Source of the DNA: Helicobacteraceae bacterium
Lineage (GTDB): Bacteria; Campylobacterota; Campylobacteria; Campylobacterales; Sulfurimonadaceae
Direction: 5' to 3'
Length of the DNA stretch: 64,000 bases
Assembly: GCA_027038835.1 (NCBI GenBank)
Contig: JALWGC010000011.1
Coordinates: forward strand, 12,837-76,836
Shown here: positions 31,547 through 42,335 of the stretch, one piece after another
How positions within the stretch are numbered: the first letter of the stretch is position 1
How the letters are laid out: the number at the start of each line of letters is the position of its first letter
The notes under the pieces: generated by a model
Seen by the model: only the letters and a program-made list of their open reading frames with translations
Told to the model about the DNA's origin: nothing
Databases searched by the model: none
Made by a program: the position numbers and the translations under genes

Positions 31547-33712
31547 ATGAACATGTCAAAAATCGTTTGGTCCAAAATCGATGAAGCACCGGCACTTGCC
31601 ACATACTCACTTTTTCCTATCGTGAAAAAGTTTCTCAACTCTGCCGGAGTCGATATCGAGCAAAGCGATATCTCGTTGGCAGGGCGTGTACTTGCCGCTA
31701 TGGGCAAAGGTGAAGACGAGCTTGCGAAACTCGGTGAACTTGTACTCAAACCAGAAGCGAACATTATCAAGCTTCCAAACATCTCTGCATCTATTCCACA
31801 GCTAAAAGCGTGTATCGCAGAGTTACAAAGCCAAGGGTTCGATATCCCTGATTATCCTGAAGAGCCGCAAACAGAAGAGGAGAAAGAGATTCAAGCTAAA
31901 TACTCCACTTGTCTCGGTTCAGCGGTAAACCCGGTTCTAAGAGAAGGGAACTCCGACAGACGCGCTGCAGAAGCGGTTAAAAAGTTCGCTCAGAAAAACC
32001 CACACAAACTCAAGCCTTTCGCACCTGATTGTAAAGCGTATGTCGCTCACATGAATGACGGTGATTTCTATGAGAATGAGCAATCCGTTATCATGGATAA
32101 AGACAGTAAGCTTACTATTTCTCTTAACGGAAAAGAGCTAAAAAGCTTCGATGTCGAGGATAAAGAAGTTGTCTCTTCTACATTTATGAATGCGAAAGCT
32201 TTGAGCGCGTTCTTGAAACAAACTATCAAAGACGCTGAAGAAAAAGGTCTTCTTTGGTCTATCCACCTCAAAGCGACTATGATGAAAGTTTCCGACCCTA
32301 TCATGTTTGGTCATGCGGTTACCGCTTTCTTTGAAGATGTGTTTGCAAAATACGCAGACGAGTTCGAAAAAATCGGTGTGAATCCTGATCTTGGTATCGG
32401 TGATCTTTTGAAAAAAATCGAAAAATCGGACAAAAAAGAAGAGATCGAAGCGGCTATCAAAGAAGTTATTCTAAGCGGTAAGCCAAATATCGCGATGGTT
32501 GACAGTGACAACCTCATTACAAACCTCCACTTCTCCAACGATATCATCATCGACGCTTCTATGCCACCGGTTATCCGTGAAGGCGGTAAAATGTGGAACA
32601 AAGATGGCGAACTTGAAGAGTGTGTCGCCGTTATTCCAGATAGAAGCTATGCGACGATGTATAGTGAAATGCTTGAAGATTGTAAAGTAAACGGACAGTT
32701 CGACGTAACGACTATGGGGCATGTATCCAACGTAGGTCTTATGGCGAAAAAAGCGGAAGAGTACGGTTCACACCCATTTACTTTTAGATGTGCCGAAGAT
32801 GGTGTCATGGAAGTAAAAGATGCAGATGGTAACGTTTTGATGAGCCACAATGTCGAAAAAGGTGACATTTGGAGACTCTACAAAGCAAAAGACGTAGCTA
32901 TCAAAGACTGGATCAGACTCGCGCATGAGCGTGGTAAACTTACAGGTGATCCTATCGTATTCTGGCTTGACTCCAACAGAGCGCACGATGCGAATATGAT
33001 CAAAAAAGTGGTCGAGTACCTTCCGTCTCATCTTGAAAAAGAGCCTATCGAGTACCATGTAATGGCTCCAAAACAAGCTATGAAATTCACTCTTAGACGT
33101 ACAAGAGCGGGTCTAAACACTATCTCTGTAACCGGTAACGTCCTAAGAGACTATCTCACAGACCTTTTCCCTATCCTCGAGCTTGGAACAAGTGCGAAGA
33201 TGATGTCTATCGTTCCACTTCTTGCAGGTGGTGGTTTGTTCGAAACCGGTGCAGGCGGTTCAGCTCCTAAACACGTAGAGCAGTTCCTAAAAGAGGGTCA
33301 CCTTAGATGGGATAGCCTCGGTGAGTTCCTCGCACTTGCAGAAAGCCTTAGAATGATCTACAACAAAACCGGTGATGAAAAAGTCAAAGCGGTTTGCGAA
33401 GCACTCGATAAAGCGAACGAAGCGTATCTTGACAACAGAAAAGAGCCGGGTAGAAAAGTTGGTCAACCCGACAATAAAGCGAGCCACTTCTACCTTGCGA
33501 TGTACTGGGCGGATGCGCTTGGAGAAAACGATCCAAAATTCGCCGAAGTTGCAAAACAACTTAAAGAAAATGAAGAGAAAATCCTCGAAGAACTTCTTGC
33601 GGTAGAAGGTAAAGCACAAGATATCGGCGGATACTTCAGACCTGACGATGCAAAAGCCGAAGCGGCTATGAGACCGTCTCAAACGCTAAACGGTATTATT
33701 GATAGTATCTAA
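31547..33712 (+). CDS. icd: monomeric NADP-dependent isocitrate dehydrogenase
   Basis: 721 aa. The N-terminus ([17 protein letters not shown]) and length are typical of the monomeric IDH class. Confidence 0.92.
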   Translation: MNMSKIVWSKIDEAPALATYSLFPIVKKFLNSAGVDIEQSDISLAGRVLAAMGKGEDELAKLGELVLKPEANIIKLPNISASIPQLKACIAELQSQGFDIPDYPEEPQTEEEKEIQAKYSTCLGSAVNPVLREGNSDRRAAEAVKKFAQKNPHKLKPFAPDCKAYVAHMNDGDFYENEQSVIMDKDSKLTISLNGKELKSFDVEDKEVVSSTFMNAKALSAFLKQTIKDAEEKGLLWSIHLKATMMKVSDPIMFGHAVTAFFEDVFAKYADEFEKIGVNPDLGIGDLLKKIEKSDKKEEIEAAIKEVILSGKPNIAMVDSDNLITNLHFSNDIIIDASMPPVIREGGKMWNKDGELEECVAVIPDRSYATMYSEMLEDCKVNGQFDVTTMGHVSNVGLMAKKAEEYGSHPFTFRCAEDGVMEVKDADGNVLMSHNVEKGDIWRLYKAKDVAIKDWIRLAHERGKLTGDPIVFWLDSNRAHDANMIKKVVEYLPSHLEKEPIEYHVMAPKQAMKFTLRRTRAGLNTISVTGNVLRDYLTDLFPILELGTSAKMMSIVPLLAGGGLFETGAGGSAPKHVEQFLKEGHLRWDSLGEFLALAESLRMIYNKTGDEKVKAVCEALDKANEAYLDNRKEPGRKVGQPDNKASHFYLAMYWADALGENDPKFAEVAKQLKENEEKILEELLAVEGKAQDIGGYFRPDDAKAEAAMRPSQTLNGIIDSI

Positions 33713-33721
33713 TATCAATAC

Positions 33722-33758
33722 GAATCTACACACTTAGCTTTAAAAAGTGTGTAGATTC
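33722..33758 (+). terminator. 14-bp stem hairpin after icd (terminator-like, no clean T-run)
   Basis: GAATCTACACACTT - 9 nt - AAGTGTGTAGATTC, starting 10 nt after the icd stop. Confidence 0.5.
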
Positions 33759-33792
33759 AACTCTATTAGTTCTTTTTAAACCTATTACAAGA

Positions 33793-33798
33793 TATAAT
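33793..33798 (+). promoter_or_regulatory. candidate -10 element (GATATAAT) for the mdh-fum-suc-oor unit
   Basis: TATAAT in a GATATAAT context, 107 nt upstream of the mdh start. It would give a structured leader (see findings). Confidence 0.4.
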
Positions 33799-33904
33799 GA
33801 AAAACATAATTCCGCCATGGCGGTTCGATATACTTAAATGTTTTGTGATACGACACAATAAGATTTAAGTATATGCGCCATGAGCAAACTTAAAAGGAGA
33901 GCGT

Positions 33905-34867
33905 GTGCATAAAAACAGTGGAAAGAGAGTAGGGATTGTAGGAGCTGGAAACGTCGGTGCGACCGTAGCGTATTCGTTGGCTATGCAAGGAAGTTGTCAT
34001 GAAATTATTTTGCGTGACAACAAAGTCGATATCGCTAAAGGTAAAGCGCTCGACATGTCTCAAGCGGCTTCGGCTATACGTAGTCATACGGTTGTGAAAG
34101 TTGCCGAAGATATGAGTCAGCTTGTTGACTGTGATGTCGTCGTCGTAACGGCAGGTAGTCCGAGACTTCCGGGGATGAGCCGTGATGACCTTTTGATGAC
34201 AAATGCGAAAATTACAAAAGAGGTAGCGCAAGGGATAGCGAAGTATTCTCCAAACGCTATTATCATCATGGTTTCCAATCCACTCGATGCTATGACATAT
34301 GTCGCACTGCGTGAAAGCGGTTTCGAAGCTAACCGCGTCGTTGGAATGGCGGGTATTCTCGATAGCTCAAGAATGGCGTCGTTCATACAAGAAAAACTCG
34401 GTTACGGAGGAGGGCAAATCAGAGCTTCCGTAATGGGTGGACACGGCGATGATATGGTTCCGCTTCCTCGCTACTCTACAGTTGCCGGTGTGCCGCTTAG
34501 CGATCTTCTCTCTCAAGAGGAAATCGATGAAGTGGTAGAACGCACACGACATGGTGGCGCTGAGATTGTCGGATACCTTAAAACAGGCTCTGCGTATTAT
34601 GCGCCTGCCAAATCGACATCGATCATGGTCGAAGCTATTTTGAAAGACACGAAACAGATCCATCCGTGTGCCGTTTACCTTGACGGAGAGTACGGCTACA
34701 AAGATGTCGTAAGCGGCGTACCTGTAATGCTTGGTGCAAACGGTGTGGAAAAAATTATCGAAGTAACTTTGAACGACAAAGAAAAAGCGATGTTCAAACA
34801 GTCTTGCGATTCGGTTAAAAAACTTATAGACACATTGAATAAAAATAACTTTTTCGAGGATCAATAA
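33905..34867 (+). CDS. mdh: malate dehydrogenase (LDH-like family)
   Basis: GAGNVGAT Rossmann motif and an LDH/MDH core (SRDDLL..N, GGHGD). GTG start lies 5 nt after AGGAG. Confidence 0.92.
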   Translation: MHKNSGKRVGIVGAGNVGATVAYSLAMQGSCHEIILRDNKVDIAKGKALDMSQAASAIRSHTVVKVAEDMSQLVDCDVVVVTAGSPRLPGMSRDDLLMTNAKITKEVAQGIAKYSPNAIIIMVSNPLDAMTYVALRESGFEANRVVGMAGILDSSRMASFIQEKLGYGGGQIRASVMGGHGDDMVPLPRYSTVAGVPLSDLLSQEEIDEVVERTRHGGAEIVGYLKTGSAYYAPAKSTSIMVEAILKDTKQIHPCAVYLDGEYGYKDVVSGVPVMLGANGVEKIIEVTLNDKEKAMFKQSCDSVKKLIDTLNKNNFFEDQ

Positions 34868-35718
34868 TGAGAGAGATAGCATACGAAGATTTGGTAAAAT
34901 CGGTAAAAGCGATGGTGATGCACACAGCTACGCATCTCCCTGAAGACGCTTTGAAAGCTATCCAAAAGGCGTACGATAACGAAGAAAGCGAAGTTGCCAA
35001 ATCGGTTTTGAAGCAGATTTTAGATAATGCGCAACTCGCTTCGAAAGAGGACAGACCGTTGTGTCAAGATACCGGTCTTGCCGTCTTTTTCGTCAATGTC
35101 GGAGAAGATGTGAAAGTTGTCGGCGGTTCGATACGAGATGCCATCAACGAAGCGACCGAAGCGGCATACAAAGAAGGCTACCTTAGAGCTTCTACATGTG
35201 ATTGTTTCGATAGACACAATCTTAAAGACGAAGTGGGTTACAACCTCCCGGCTATGATCCATTTCGACATTGTACCCGGTGATAAGATAGAGATCGAATA
35301 TGCTGCAAAAGGGGGCGGAAGCGAAAACGTCTCCCGCGCGCGTGTTTTGGCTCCCGCACAAGGAAAAGAGGGGATCAAACAATTTGTCAAAGATGTTATC
35401 TCCGAAGCGGGTCCGAACCCTTGTCCACCGATAATCGTCGGAGTAGGTATAGGCGGTACGTTCGAGATTGCCGCGAAGTCCTCCAAGCATGCGCTTTTTA
35501 GAGAAGCTGGAACGAAAAACCCGGTTCCTGAACTCGATGCATTCGAACAAGAGATTTTGGAAGAACTCAACAAGCTTGGCATAGGTGCGATGGGTATGGG
35601 CGGTACGCAGACGGTTATGGCGGTTCACATCGAGAAAAACCCATGTCATATAGCCAGCCTCCCGGTTTCTGTCAACGTTCAGTGCCATAGCTCACGACAT
35701 TCACATATAACATTGTAA
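34867..35718 (+). CDS. class I (Fe-S) fumarate hydratase, alpha subunit
   Basis: The CQDTG motif and overall length match the two-subunit tartrate/fumarate hydro-lyase alpha chain. Confidence 0.88.
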   Translation: MREIAYEDLVKSVKAMVMHTATHLPEDALKAIQKAYDNEESEVAKSVLKQILDNAQLASKEDRPLCQDTGLAVFFVNVGEDVKVVGGSIRDAINEATEAAYKEGYLRASTCDCFDRHNLKDEVGYNLPAMIHFDIVPGDKIEIEYAAKGGGSENVSRARVLAPAQGKEGIKQFVKDVISEAGPNPCPPIIVGVGIGGTFEIAAKSSKHALFREAGTKNPVPELDAFEQEILEELNKLGIGAMGMGGTQTVMAVHIEKNPCHIASLPVSVNVQCHSSRHSHITL

Positions 35719-35731
35719 GGGGAAGAAGAAG

Positions 35732-36286
35732 ATGGCAGAGTATAAAATGACAACCCCGCTAACAAACGAAGATATAGAAAAACTCCGTATAGGAGATATC
35801 GTTTACTTGAACGGGACTATCTATACAGCGCGTGATGCGGCGCATAAAAGACTTGTCGATTTGATTGAAGAAGGGAAAGAGCTTCCTTTCGATTTGCAAG
35901 GTAGTGTTATCTACTTCGTCGGTCCTACACCGCCTAAACCGGGTGAACCGATAGGGAGTGCCGGTCCGACAACTTCATACAGAATGGATAGTTATTCCCC
36001 TATTCTTATCAAGCATGGGCAAAAAGCGATGATAGGAAAAGGGAAAAGAAACCAAGCGGTTAAAGATGCTTGTAAAGAGTACAAAGCGGTCTATTTCGGC
36101 GCGACCGGAGGCGCCGGAGCGCTTATAGCGCAGCGTATCAAATCTGCGGAAGTGATTGCGTATCCGGAGCTTGGTCCAGAAGCTATACGCCGCCTTGAAG
36201 TAGAGGATTTTCCGGTAACTGTCGTGAACGACTCATACGGTGGCGACCTCTATGAAGAGGGACGCAAAAAATGGGCAAGAGATTAA
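35732..36286 (+). CDS. class I (Fe-S) fumarate hydratase, beta subunit
   Basis: GTIYTARDAAHKRL and GKGKR motifs of the beta chain. Lies directly downstream of the alpha subunit. Confidence 0.88.
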   Translation: MAEYKMTTPLTNEDIEKLRIGDIVYLNGTIYTARDAAHKRLVDLIEEGKELPFDLQGSVIYFVGPTPPKPGEPIGSAGPTTSYRMDSYSPILIKHGQKAMIGKGKRNQAVKDACKEYKAVYFGATGGAGALIAQRIKSAEVIAYPELGPEAIRRLEVEDFPVTVVNDSYGGDLYEEGRKKWARD

Positions 36287-36307
36287 ACTTATAAAGGAGA
36301 AAACGAT

Positions 36308-37483
36308 ATGAATGTACATGAATATCAAGCCAAACAGATATTTAAAGAGTACGGCGTACCGACCCCTCGCGGGATAGTCGCCACTACTCCGGAAGAGGCG
36401 GTTGAAGCCGCAAAAGAACTCGGTGGAAACATCTGGGTCGTCAAAGCGCAAATCCATGCAGGTGGTCGCGGTCTTGGCGGTGGTGTGAAGCTTGCCAAAA
36501 GCTTGGATGAAGTCAAACAGCTTGCAAGTGAAATTATCGGTATGACGCTTGTAACGCACCAAACAGGTCCAGAAGGTAAACTCGTTCAAAAAGTTTACAT
36601 AGAAGAGGGTGCAGATATCAAAGACGAGCTATATCTTGGTATCGTACTCGATCGTGCCAAAGAGATGCCTGTAATCATGGCTTCGACCGAAGGTGGTATG
36701 GAAATCGAAAAAGTTGCCGAAGAAACACCTGAAAAGATCATCAAGGTAGCGGTAGATCCTACTATCGGTTTCCAAGGCTTCCATGGGCGTGAGCTTGTAT
36801 TCGGTCTTGGTATTACCGACAAAGACGAACAGAAAAAATTCATAAGTTTCGCGCAAAAACTTTTCGCTATCTATATGGACAAAGATGTCGAGCTTATCGA
36901 GATTAACCCGCTTATCAAAACCGGAAGCGGTGATTTCCTCGCGCTTGACGGTAAAATGGGATTTGACGATTCCGCACTATATAGACATCCGGAAATCGAA
37001 GCTATGCGTGATATCAGCGAAGAAGACCCGGATGAGAGAGAAGCTTCTCAGTACGGTCTAAGCTATGTCGCACTCGATGGTGAAATCGGTTGTATGGTTA
37101 ACGGCGCCGGTCTTGCGATGGGTACGATGGACGCTATCAATTATATGGGCGGAACTCCTGCGAACTTCCTCGATGTCGGTGGTAAAGCCAATGCCGAAAC
37201 GGTTGCAAAAGGGTTCGAGATAATCCTTAAAAACCCGAAAGTAAAAGCGATTTTTGTTAATATTTTCGGTGGAATCGTTCGATGTGATCGTATCGCAAAC
37301 GGTATTCTCGAAGCGACGAAAATGGTAGATGTTCATGTACCTGTTATCGTAAGACTTGACGGTACGAATGCCCCAGAAGCCGCGGAGATTTTGAAAAATG
37401 CGAAAATCGACAACGTAATAGCGGCGGAAGATTTGGCTGATGGCGCGGCTAAAGCGGTAAAAGCAGCGAAAGGAGAGTTATAA
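36308..37483 (+). CDS. sucC: succinyl-CoA synthetase beta subunit
   Basis: [12 protein letters not shown]...ATP-grasp N-terminus and GGIVRCD near the C-terminus. Confidence 0.95.
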   Translation: MNVHEYQAKQIFKEYGVPTPRGIVATTPEEAVEAAKELGGNIWVVKAQIHAGGRGLGGGVKLAKSLDEVKQLASEIIGMTLVTHQTGPEGKLVQKVYIEEGADIKDELYLGIVLDRAKEMPVIMASTEGGMEIEKVAEETPEKIIKVAVDPTIGFQGFHGRELVFGLGITDKDEQKKFISFAQKLFAIYMDKDVELIEINPLIKTGSGDFLALDGKMGFDDSALYRHPEIEAMRDISEEDPDEREASQYGLSYVALDGEIGCMVNGAGLAMGTMDAINYMGGTPANFLDVGGKANAETVAKGFEIILKNPKVKAIFVNIFGGIVRCDRIANGILEATKMVDVHVPVIVRLDGTNAPEAAEILKNAKIDNVIAAEDLADGAAKAVKAAKGEL

Positions 37484-37484
37484 G

Positions 37485-38357
37485 ATGAGTATTTTGGTCA
37501 ACAAAGATACAAAAGTTATCGTTCAAGGTTTTACTGGGAAAGAGGGGAGTTTCCACGCTGAACAGTGTATCAACTACGGTACGAATATCGTAGGTGGTGT
37601 CACTCCTAACAAAGGTGGTCAAGAGCATCTTGGAAAGCCGGTTTTTAATACCGTCAAAGAAGCGGTCGATGCGACTGACGCTACCGTTTCGATGATTTTC
37701 GTTCCACCTGCGTTCGTTGCCGATGCGGTTATGGAAGCGGCCGATGCCGGTATCGAGCTTGCCGTAATCATCACCGAAGGCGCTCCTGTAAAAGATATGA
37801 TGTATGCGAAAATGTACGCGACGAAAAAAGGGATGAAAACCATAGGGCCGAACTGCCCGGGTATCATCACTGCCGAAGAGTGTAAGATAGGTATCATGCC
37901 GGGAATGATTTTCAAAAAAGGAAATGTCGGTCTTATCTCCAAATCGGGTACGCTCACTTACGAAGCGAGTAACCAAGTTGTAAAAGAGGGACTTGGCATC
38001 ACTACCGCAGTCGGTATCGGAGGGGATCCAATTATCGGTCTTAGTTACAAACAACTCCTTCCTATGTTCGAAGCGGATCCAGAAACCGAAGCTATCGTAA
38101 TGATAGGGGAAATCGGCGGAGATTTGGAGATTCAAGCTGCGGCATATATCAAAGAAAACATTACTAAACCTGTTATCGCTTTCATTGCCGGTCAAACGGC
38201 ACCTAAGGGTAAAAGAATGGGTCATGCAGGTGCGATTGTAAGTGGTAGTGCCGGTACGGCAAAAGAAAAAATGGAAGCACTCGAAGCTGCAGGCGTTCAT
38301 GTCGTTGTTAGTCCGGCGGATATCGGTAAAAAAGTTGCCGAGGTATTGAAAAAGTAG
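37485..38357 (+). CDS. sucD: succinyl-CoA synthetase alpha subunit
   Basis: [20 protein letters not shown], and the phosphohistidine loop MGHAGAIV. Confidence 0.95.
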   Translation: MSILVNKDTKVIVQGFTGKEGSFHAEQCINYGTNIVGGVTPNKGGQEHLGKPVFNTVKEAVDATDATVSMIFVPPAFVADAVMEAADAGIELAVIITEGAPVKDMMYAKMYATKKGMKTIGPNCPGIITAEECKIGIMPGMIFKKGNVGLISKSGTLTYEASNQVVKEGLGITTAVGIGGDPIIGLSYKQLLPMFEADPETEAIVMIGEIGGDLEIQAAAYIKENITKPVIAFIAGQTAPKGKRMGHAGAIVSGSAGTAKEKMEALEAAGVHVVVSPADIGKKVAEVLKK

Positions 38358-38531
38358 TCTCTTTCTCTTGCGTGTGAGCTTCGATGTAACGTTTCGTTGC
38401 TTTTGTGAGCGTTTGGAGCACGATTAGGAGAGACTTTAACAAAAATAGGGTATTCTTACTTCGATATGCTGAAGTGAGATACTCAGTAAAAAATGGTTGA
38501 GAAAATTCAACTTTTAGAAATAGGAGAATAG

Positions 38532-38867
38532 ATGGGAGCTACATTTCATACAGAAAAACCGGGAGATGTTCCGGTATGGGTAAACAAACACAACTGTAAA
38601 GCGTGTGACATCTGTGTGTCGGTATGTCCAGCGGGTGTTTTAGCGATGGTTTACGATCCGTCATCGACACTTGGTGCGAATATCAATATAGAGTATCCAG
38701 ATTCTTGTATCGGGTGCATGGAGTGTGAGCTTTCTTGCCCAGACTTCGCTATATATGTTGCCGATAGAAAAGAATACAAATTCGCGAAACTTTCTGACGA
38801 AGCGAAAGAGAGACAAGAAAAGATTCGTGCGAACAACTATATGTCACTAAATCAAGGAGCTAACTAA
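38532..38867 (+). CDS. oorD: 2-oxoglutarate:ferredoxin oxidoreductase delta subunit (2x 4Fe-4S)
   Basis: Two ferredoxin Cys clusters (CKACDICVSVCP; CIGCMECELSCP). First gene of an oorDABC-ordered set, as in C. jejuni/H. pylori. Confidence 0.85.
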   Translation: MGATFHTEKPGDVPVWVNKHNCKACDICVSVCPAGVLAMVYDPSSTLGANINIEYPDSCIGCMECELSCPDFAIYVADRKEYKFAKLSDEAKERQEKIRANNYMSLNQGAN

Positions 38868-40021
38868 TGGCAAGAGAAGTAATCTCAACGGGAAATGAAC
38901 TCGCAGCACGTGCGGCAGTCGATGCAGGAGCGAGATTTTTTGGTGGTTATCCGATTACACCATCTTCTGAAGTGATGCATGAAGCAAGTGATCTTCTTCC
39001 AAAAGTTGGTGGAAAATTTATTCAAATGGAAGATGAGATTGGCGGTATCTCCGTAGCGCTTGGTGCGTCTATGTCGGGCGTAAAGTCTTTTACAGCGACT
39101 TCAGGTCCCGGTATATCTCTAAAAGCGGAGCAAATCGGTCTTGGGTTTATCGCTGAGATTCCGCTCGTTATCGTAAACGTTATGCGTGGTGGTCCATCAA
39201 CAGGTCTTCCAACACGTGTTTCTCAAGCGGATATCGGTCAAGCTAAATATCCTACACATGGGGATTTCGCTTCCATTACACTTTGTGCCGGTAGTTTGAC
39301 AGAGTGTTACACTCAGACTGTTAGAGCGTTCAACTTGGCTGAAAAATACATGACTCCAGTATTTATGCTTTTGGATGAGACTATCGGTCACATGCACGGT
39401 AAAGCGGTTCTTCCCGATCTTGAGGAAGTTGAAGCGAATATTGTTAACAGAAAAAGATTCGACGGTGATCCAAAAGATTACCGACCATACGACGTACCGA
39501 TGGATACTCCGGCGGTTCTCAACCCAATGTTCGAAGGGTATAGATACCACATTACCGGTCTTCACCACGGTCCTACAGGTTTCCCTACAGAGGATGCTGA
39601 ACAATGTGAATTCAATATCGAGCGCCTTGTCGGTAAAATCAACCGCGTAGCGGAGCAAAACGATGGACTTGACGATCTTCCGGATTATGAAGAAGTTTTG
39701 ATGGATGATGCGGAAGTATGTATCATCGCTTACGGTTCAATCGCACTCGGTGCATTCGAAGCGGTACACAAACTAAGAGCAGAAGGTATCAAAGCAGGGC
39801 TTTTTAGACCGATTATGCTCTGGCCAAGCCCAGCGAAAAAGATCAAAGAGATCGGTGAAAGATTCGGCGATAAAATCATGGTAACCGAGCTCAACATGGG
39901 TCAATATTCAGAAGAGATCGAAAGAATCATCAAAAGAAACGATTTTACAAGATTGCTCAAAGCAAACGGAAGACCAATCGCACCGGCAGAAATGGTAGCA
40001 AAAGTTAAGGAGATGATGTAA
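38867..40021 (+). CDS. oorA: 2-oxoglutarate:ferredoxin oxidoreductase alpha subunit
   Basis: The N-terminus (GNELAARAAVDAGARFFGGYPITPSSE) is typical of 2-oxoacid:acceptor oxidoreductase alpha subunits. Confidence 0.88.
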   Translation: MAREVISTGNELAARAAVDAGARFFGGYPITPSSEVMHEASDLLPKVGGKFIQMEDEIGGISVALGASMSGVKSFTATSGPGISLKAEQIGLGFIAEIPLVIVNVMRGGPSTGLPTRVSQADIGQAKYPTHGDFASITLCAGSLTECYTQTVRAFNLAEKYMTPVFMLLDETIGHMHGKAVLPDLEEVEANIVNRKRFDGDPKDYRPYDVPMDTPAVLNPMFEGYRYHITGLHHGPTGFPTEDAEQCEFNIERLVGKINRVAEQNDGLDDLPDYEEVLMDDAEVCIIAYGSIALGAFEAVHKLRAEGIKAGLFRPIMLWPSPAKKIKEIGERFGDKIMVTELNMGQYSEEIERIIKRNDFTRLLKANGRPIAPAEMVAKVKEMM

Positions 40022-40875
40022 TGGCATTTAACTACGAAAAATACCTTAGAATTGAAAAGATGCCGACACTTTGGTGTTGGGGATGTGGTGACGGTGTTAT
40101 TCTTAAATCCGTTATCCGTGCTATTGATAAATGTGGATGGAATATGGACGATGTTTGTATCGTTTCTGGGATTGGATGTTCGGGAAGATTCTCTTCATAC
40201 ATCGACTGTAACACGGTGCATACGACTCATGGTAGAACCGTTGCATATGCAACAGGTATCAAGCTTGCAAATCCTGACAAGCATGTTATCGTCGTTGCGG
40301 GTGATGGTGACGGTCTTGCTATCGGTGGTAACCATACAATCCATGGTTGTAGAAGAAACATCGATTTGAATTTCATTCTTATCAACAACTTCATCTACGG
40401 TCTTACAAACTCGCAAATCTCACCTACGACTCCACAAGGTATGTGGTGTGTAAGTGCGAAACGTGGTAATATCGATCCGACGTTCGATGCTTGTAAACTT
40501 GCAATGGGTGCTGGAGCGTCTTTTGTTGCAAGAGAGACAATGATCGATCCGAAAAAACTTGAAAAAATCCTTGTAAAAGGTTTCCAACACAAAGGTTTCA
40601 GTTTCTTCGATATCATGTCTAACTGTCACATCAACCTTGGTAGAAAGAATAAAATGCAAAACGCTATCCAAAACCTCGAGTGGATAGACAGCATCACTTT
40701 ACCACTGAAAAAATGGGAAGCACTTCCTGAAGAGGAAAAAATGAACAAGTTCCCAACAGGTGTGCTAAGACAAGTTGAGCAGCCAGAATACTGTGAGCTT
40801 TACGATATGGTTATCGAAGCGGCTCAAGGTAAAAGAAGCAAAATCACTCAAGATGATTTTGAGAAAAAAATATAA
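40021..40875 (+). CDS. oorB: 2-oxoglutarate:ferredoxin oxidoreductase beta subunit (TPP-binding)
   Basis: WCWGCGDG Cys motif and GDGDGLAIGGNH TPP-binding motif. Confidence 0.88.
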   Translation: MAFNYEKYLRIEKMPTLWCWGCGDGVILKSVIRAIDKCGWNMDDVCIVSGIGCSGRFSSYIDCNTVHTTHGRTVAYATGIKLANPDKHVIVVAGDGDGLAIGGNHTIHGCRRNIDLNFILINNFIYGLTNSQISPTTPQGMWCVSAKRGNIDPTFDACKLAMGAGASFVARETMIDPKKLEKILVKGFQHKGFSFFDIMSNCHINLGRKNKMQNAIQNLEWIDSITLPLKKWEALPEEEKMNKFPTGVLRQVEQPEYCELYDMVIEAAQGKRSKITQDDFEKKI

Positions 40876-40884
40876 GGATACCCA

Positions 40885-41448
40885 ATGGCAAGACATACTT
40901 TAAGATTTACGGGTGTTGGTGGTCAAGGTGTTCTTCTTGCAGGTGAAATTATGGCTGCTTGTAAGATCAAAATGGGTGGATACGGTCTTAAAACCGCTAC
41001 ATATACTTCTCAAGTGCGTGGCGGACCGACTGTGGTTGATATCACTCTCGATGATGATGAAATCCGCTACCCTTATGCGAATGAGGGTGAAATCGATTTT
41101 ATGCTCTCAGTCGCGGATGTTTCGTACCAGTCTTTTAAAAACGGTGTGAAACCGGGCGGTATCATCGTCGTTGACCCGAACTTGGCATATCCGACAGATG
41201 AAGATAGAGAAAAATGGAGAGTTTACGAGATTCCAATCATCACCATAGCGAAAGAAGAGGTTGGTAATGTTATTACTCAATCTGTCGTTGCGCTTGCGAT
41301 TGCAAATACAATGACGGGAGTTCTTCCACATGAAGAGCTTATAGAAACTATGCTTTCAAAAGTTCCACCAAAAGTTCATGAAGCGAATAAACTTGCATAT
41401 GAGCTTGGTAAAAAATATGCGGAAGAGGCGATGGCTAAAGGGAAATAA
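40885..41448 (+). CDS. oorC: 2-oxoglutarate:ferredoxin oxidoreductase gamma subunit
   Basis: GVGGQGVLLAGEI N-terminal motif of gamma subunits. Last gene of the set. Confidence 0.88.
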   Translation: MARHTLRFTGVGGQGVLLAGEIMAACKIKMGGYGLKTATYTSQVRGGPTVVDITLDDDEIRYPYANEGEIDFMLSVADVSYQSFKNGVKPGGIIVVDPNLAYPTDEDREKWRVYEIPIITIAKEEVGNVITQSVVALAIANTMTGVLPHEELIETMLSKVPPKVHEANKLAYELGKKYAEEAMAKGK

Positions 41449-41462
41449 TCTTTCCAGTAAGA

Positions 41463-41489
41463 AAGAGGGTGTTTTGCCCTCTTTTTTTT
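41463..41489 (+). terminator. rho-independent terminator after oorC
   Basis: AAGAGGG-TGTTTTG-CCCTCTT followed by a T-run of eight. Confidence 0.8.
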
Positions 41490-41648
41490 ATTGTGTTTAC
41501 TTCATATTATATAGTATTATTTGTAATATTGTATAATATTAAGAAATGAAGACAGGAAAGAAGCTTCTTTGTTATTCTTTTTTAGCGGTGAAAGTCAGTT
41601 TCGTTACGGAAAATTGATTTATATAAAACATCTTTGTCAACGCTGAAA

Positions 41649-42245
41649 CTACTGTACCTTGATACCTTCCCAAAAAAAATCGACATGTTTTTCCATTTGA
41701 GTCGAGAGATGGCTTGTACTTTCGCTGTCGATGCGAAGTAGGGTAATATGAAATCGAATGTAAAATAGTGAGCTTAAAAACTCGTATGCTACAAGCATCG
41801 GATCGTTAGAGCGGATCAACCCCTCTTGCATCATTATAAAAAACGCTTCGGAGAGAAGTTTGATGTTTTTATCGTGAAATTCTTGAATGAACTTTTTGCG
41901 TAACGCTTCGTTGGTAAAAAGTTCTATAAGTAATAATCTAAACATTTTTTCCGAATTTTTATCGAACGTGACAAGCTTGTAGGTTGTTGCAAACCTTGCC
42001 AAAAAAGGTTTTCCACGTTTTGCTTCTTCTTGAATTTTTTCTCTATCGAGCTCTACAGAAGTAGCGAAGATTTCATCTGCAATCGTTAAAAAAATTTCTT
42101 CTTTATTCTTGAAATGGTTATACAAAGCACTCTCTCTAATCCCAACTTTCGATGCTATTTTCCTTACACTCGTAGCTTTGTATCCAAGCTGTGAGAATAG
42201 GGTACTCGCTTCTTTGAGTATCTTCTCTTTTGTACTTAAAGACAT
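41649..42245 (-). CDS. TetR family transcriptional regulator
   Basis: N-terminal HTH (FSQLGYKATSVRKIASKVGIRESALYNHFKNKEEI) with an all-helical C-terminal domain. Confidence 0.85.
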   Translation of the reverse strand: MSLSTKEKILKEASTLFSQLGYKATSVRKIASKVGIRESALYNHFKNKEEIFLTIADEIFATSVELDREKIQEEAKRGKPFLARFATTYKLVTFDKNSEKMFRLLLIELFTNEALRKKFIQEFHDKNIKLLSEAFFIMMQEGLIRSNDPMLVAYEFLSSLFYIRFHITLLRIDSESTSHLSTQMEKHVDFFWEGIKVQ

Positions 42246-42335
42246 CGTTTTTCTCCTTGCATGTTGTAGCGAAACTGATTGTACTATATAAAATTCTATA
42301 TAGCGTAAATAGTGTCAAACACCCTATTTTAGGGT

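Noticed and set aside
38358-38531. 174-nt gap between sucD and oorD with small repeats (TGTGAGC x2, GTTGA-N6-TCAAC).
   Set aside because: The repeats are short enough to occur by chance. An internal promoter is plausible, but I cannot support a specific element.
41567-41580. Perfect 14-bp palindrome AAAGAAGCTTCTTT downstream of the TetR gene.
   Set aside because: It is likely a simple bidirectional terminator-type hairpin between convergent genes, and nothing else distinguishes it.
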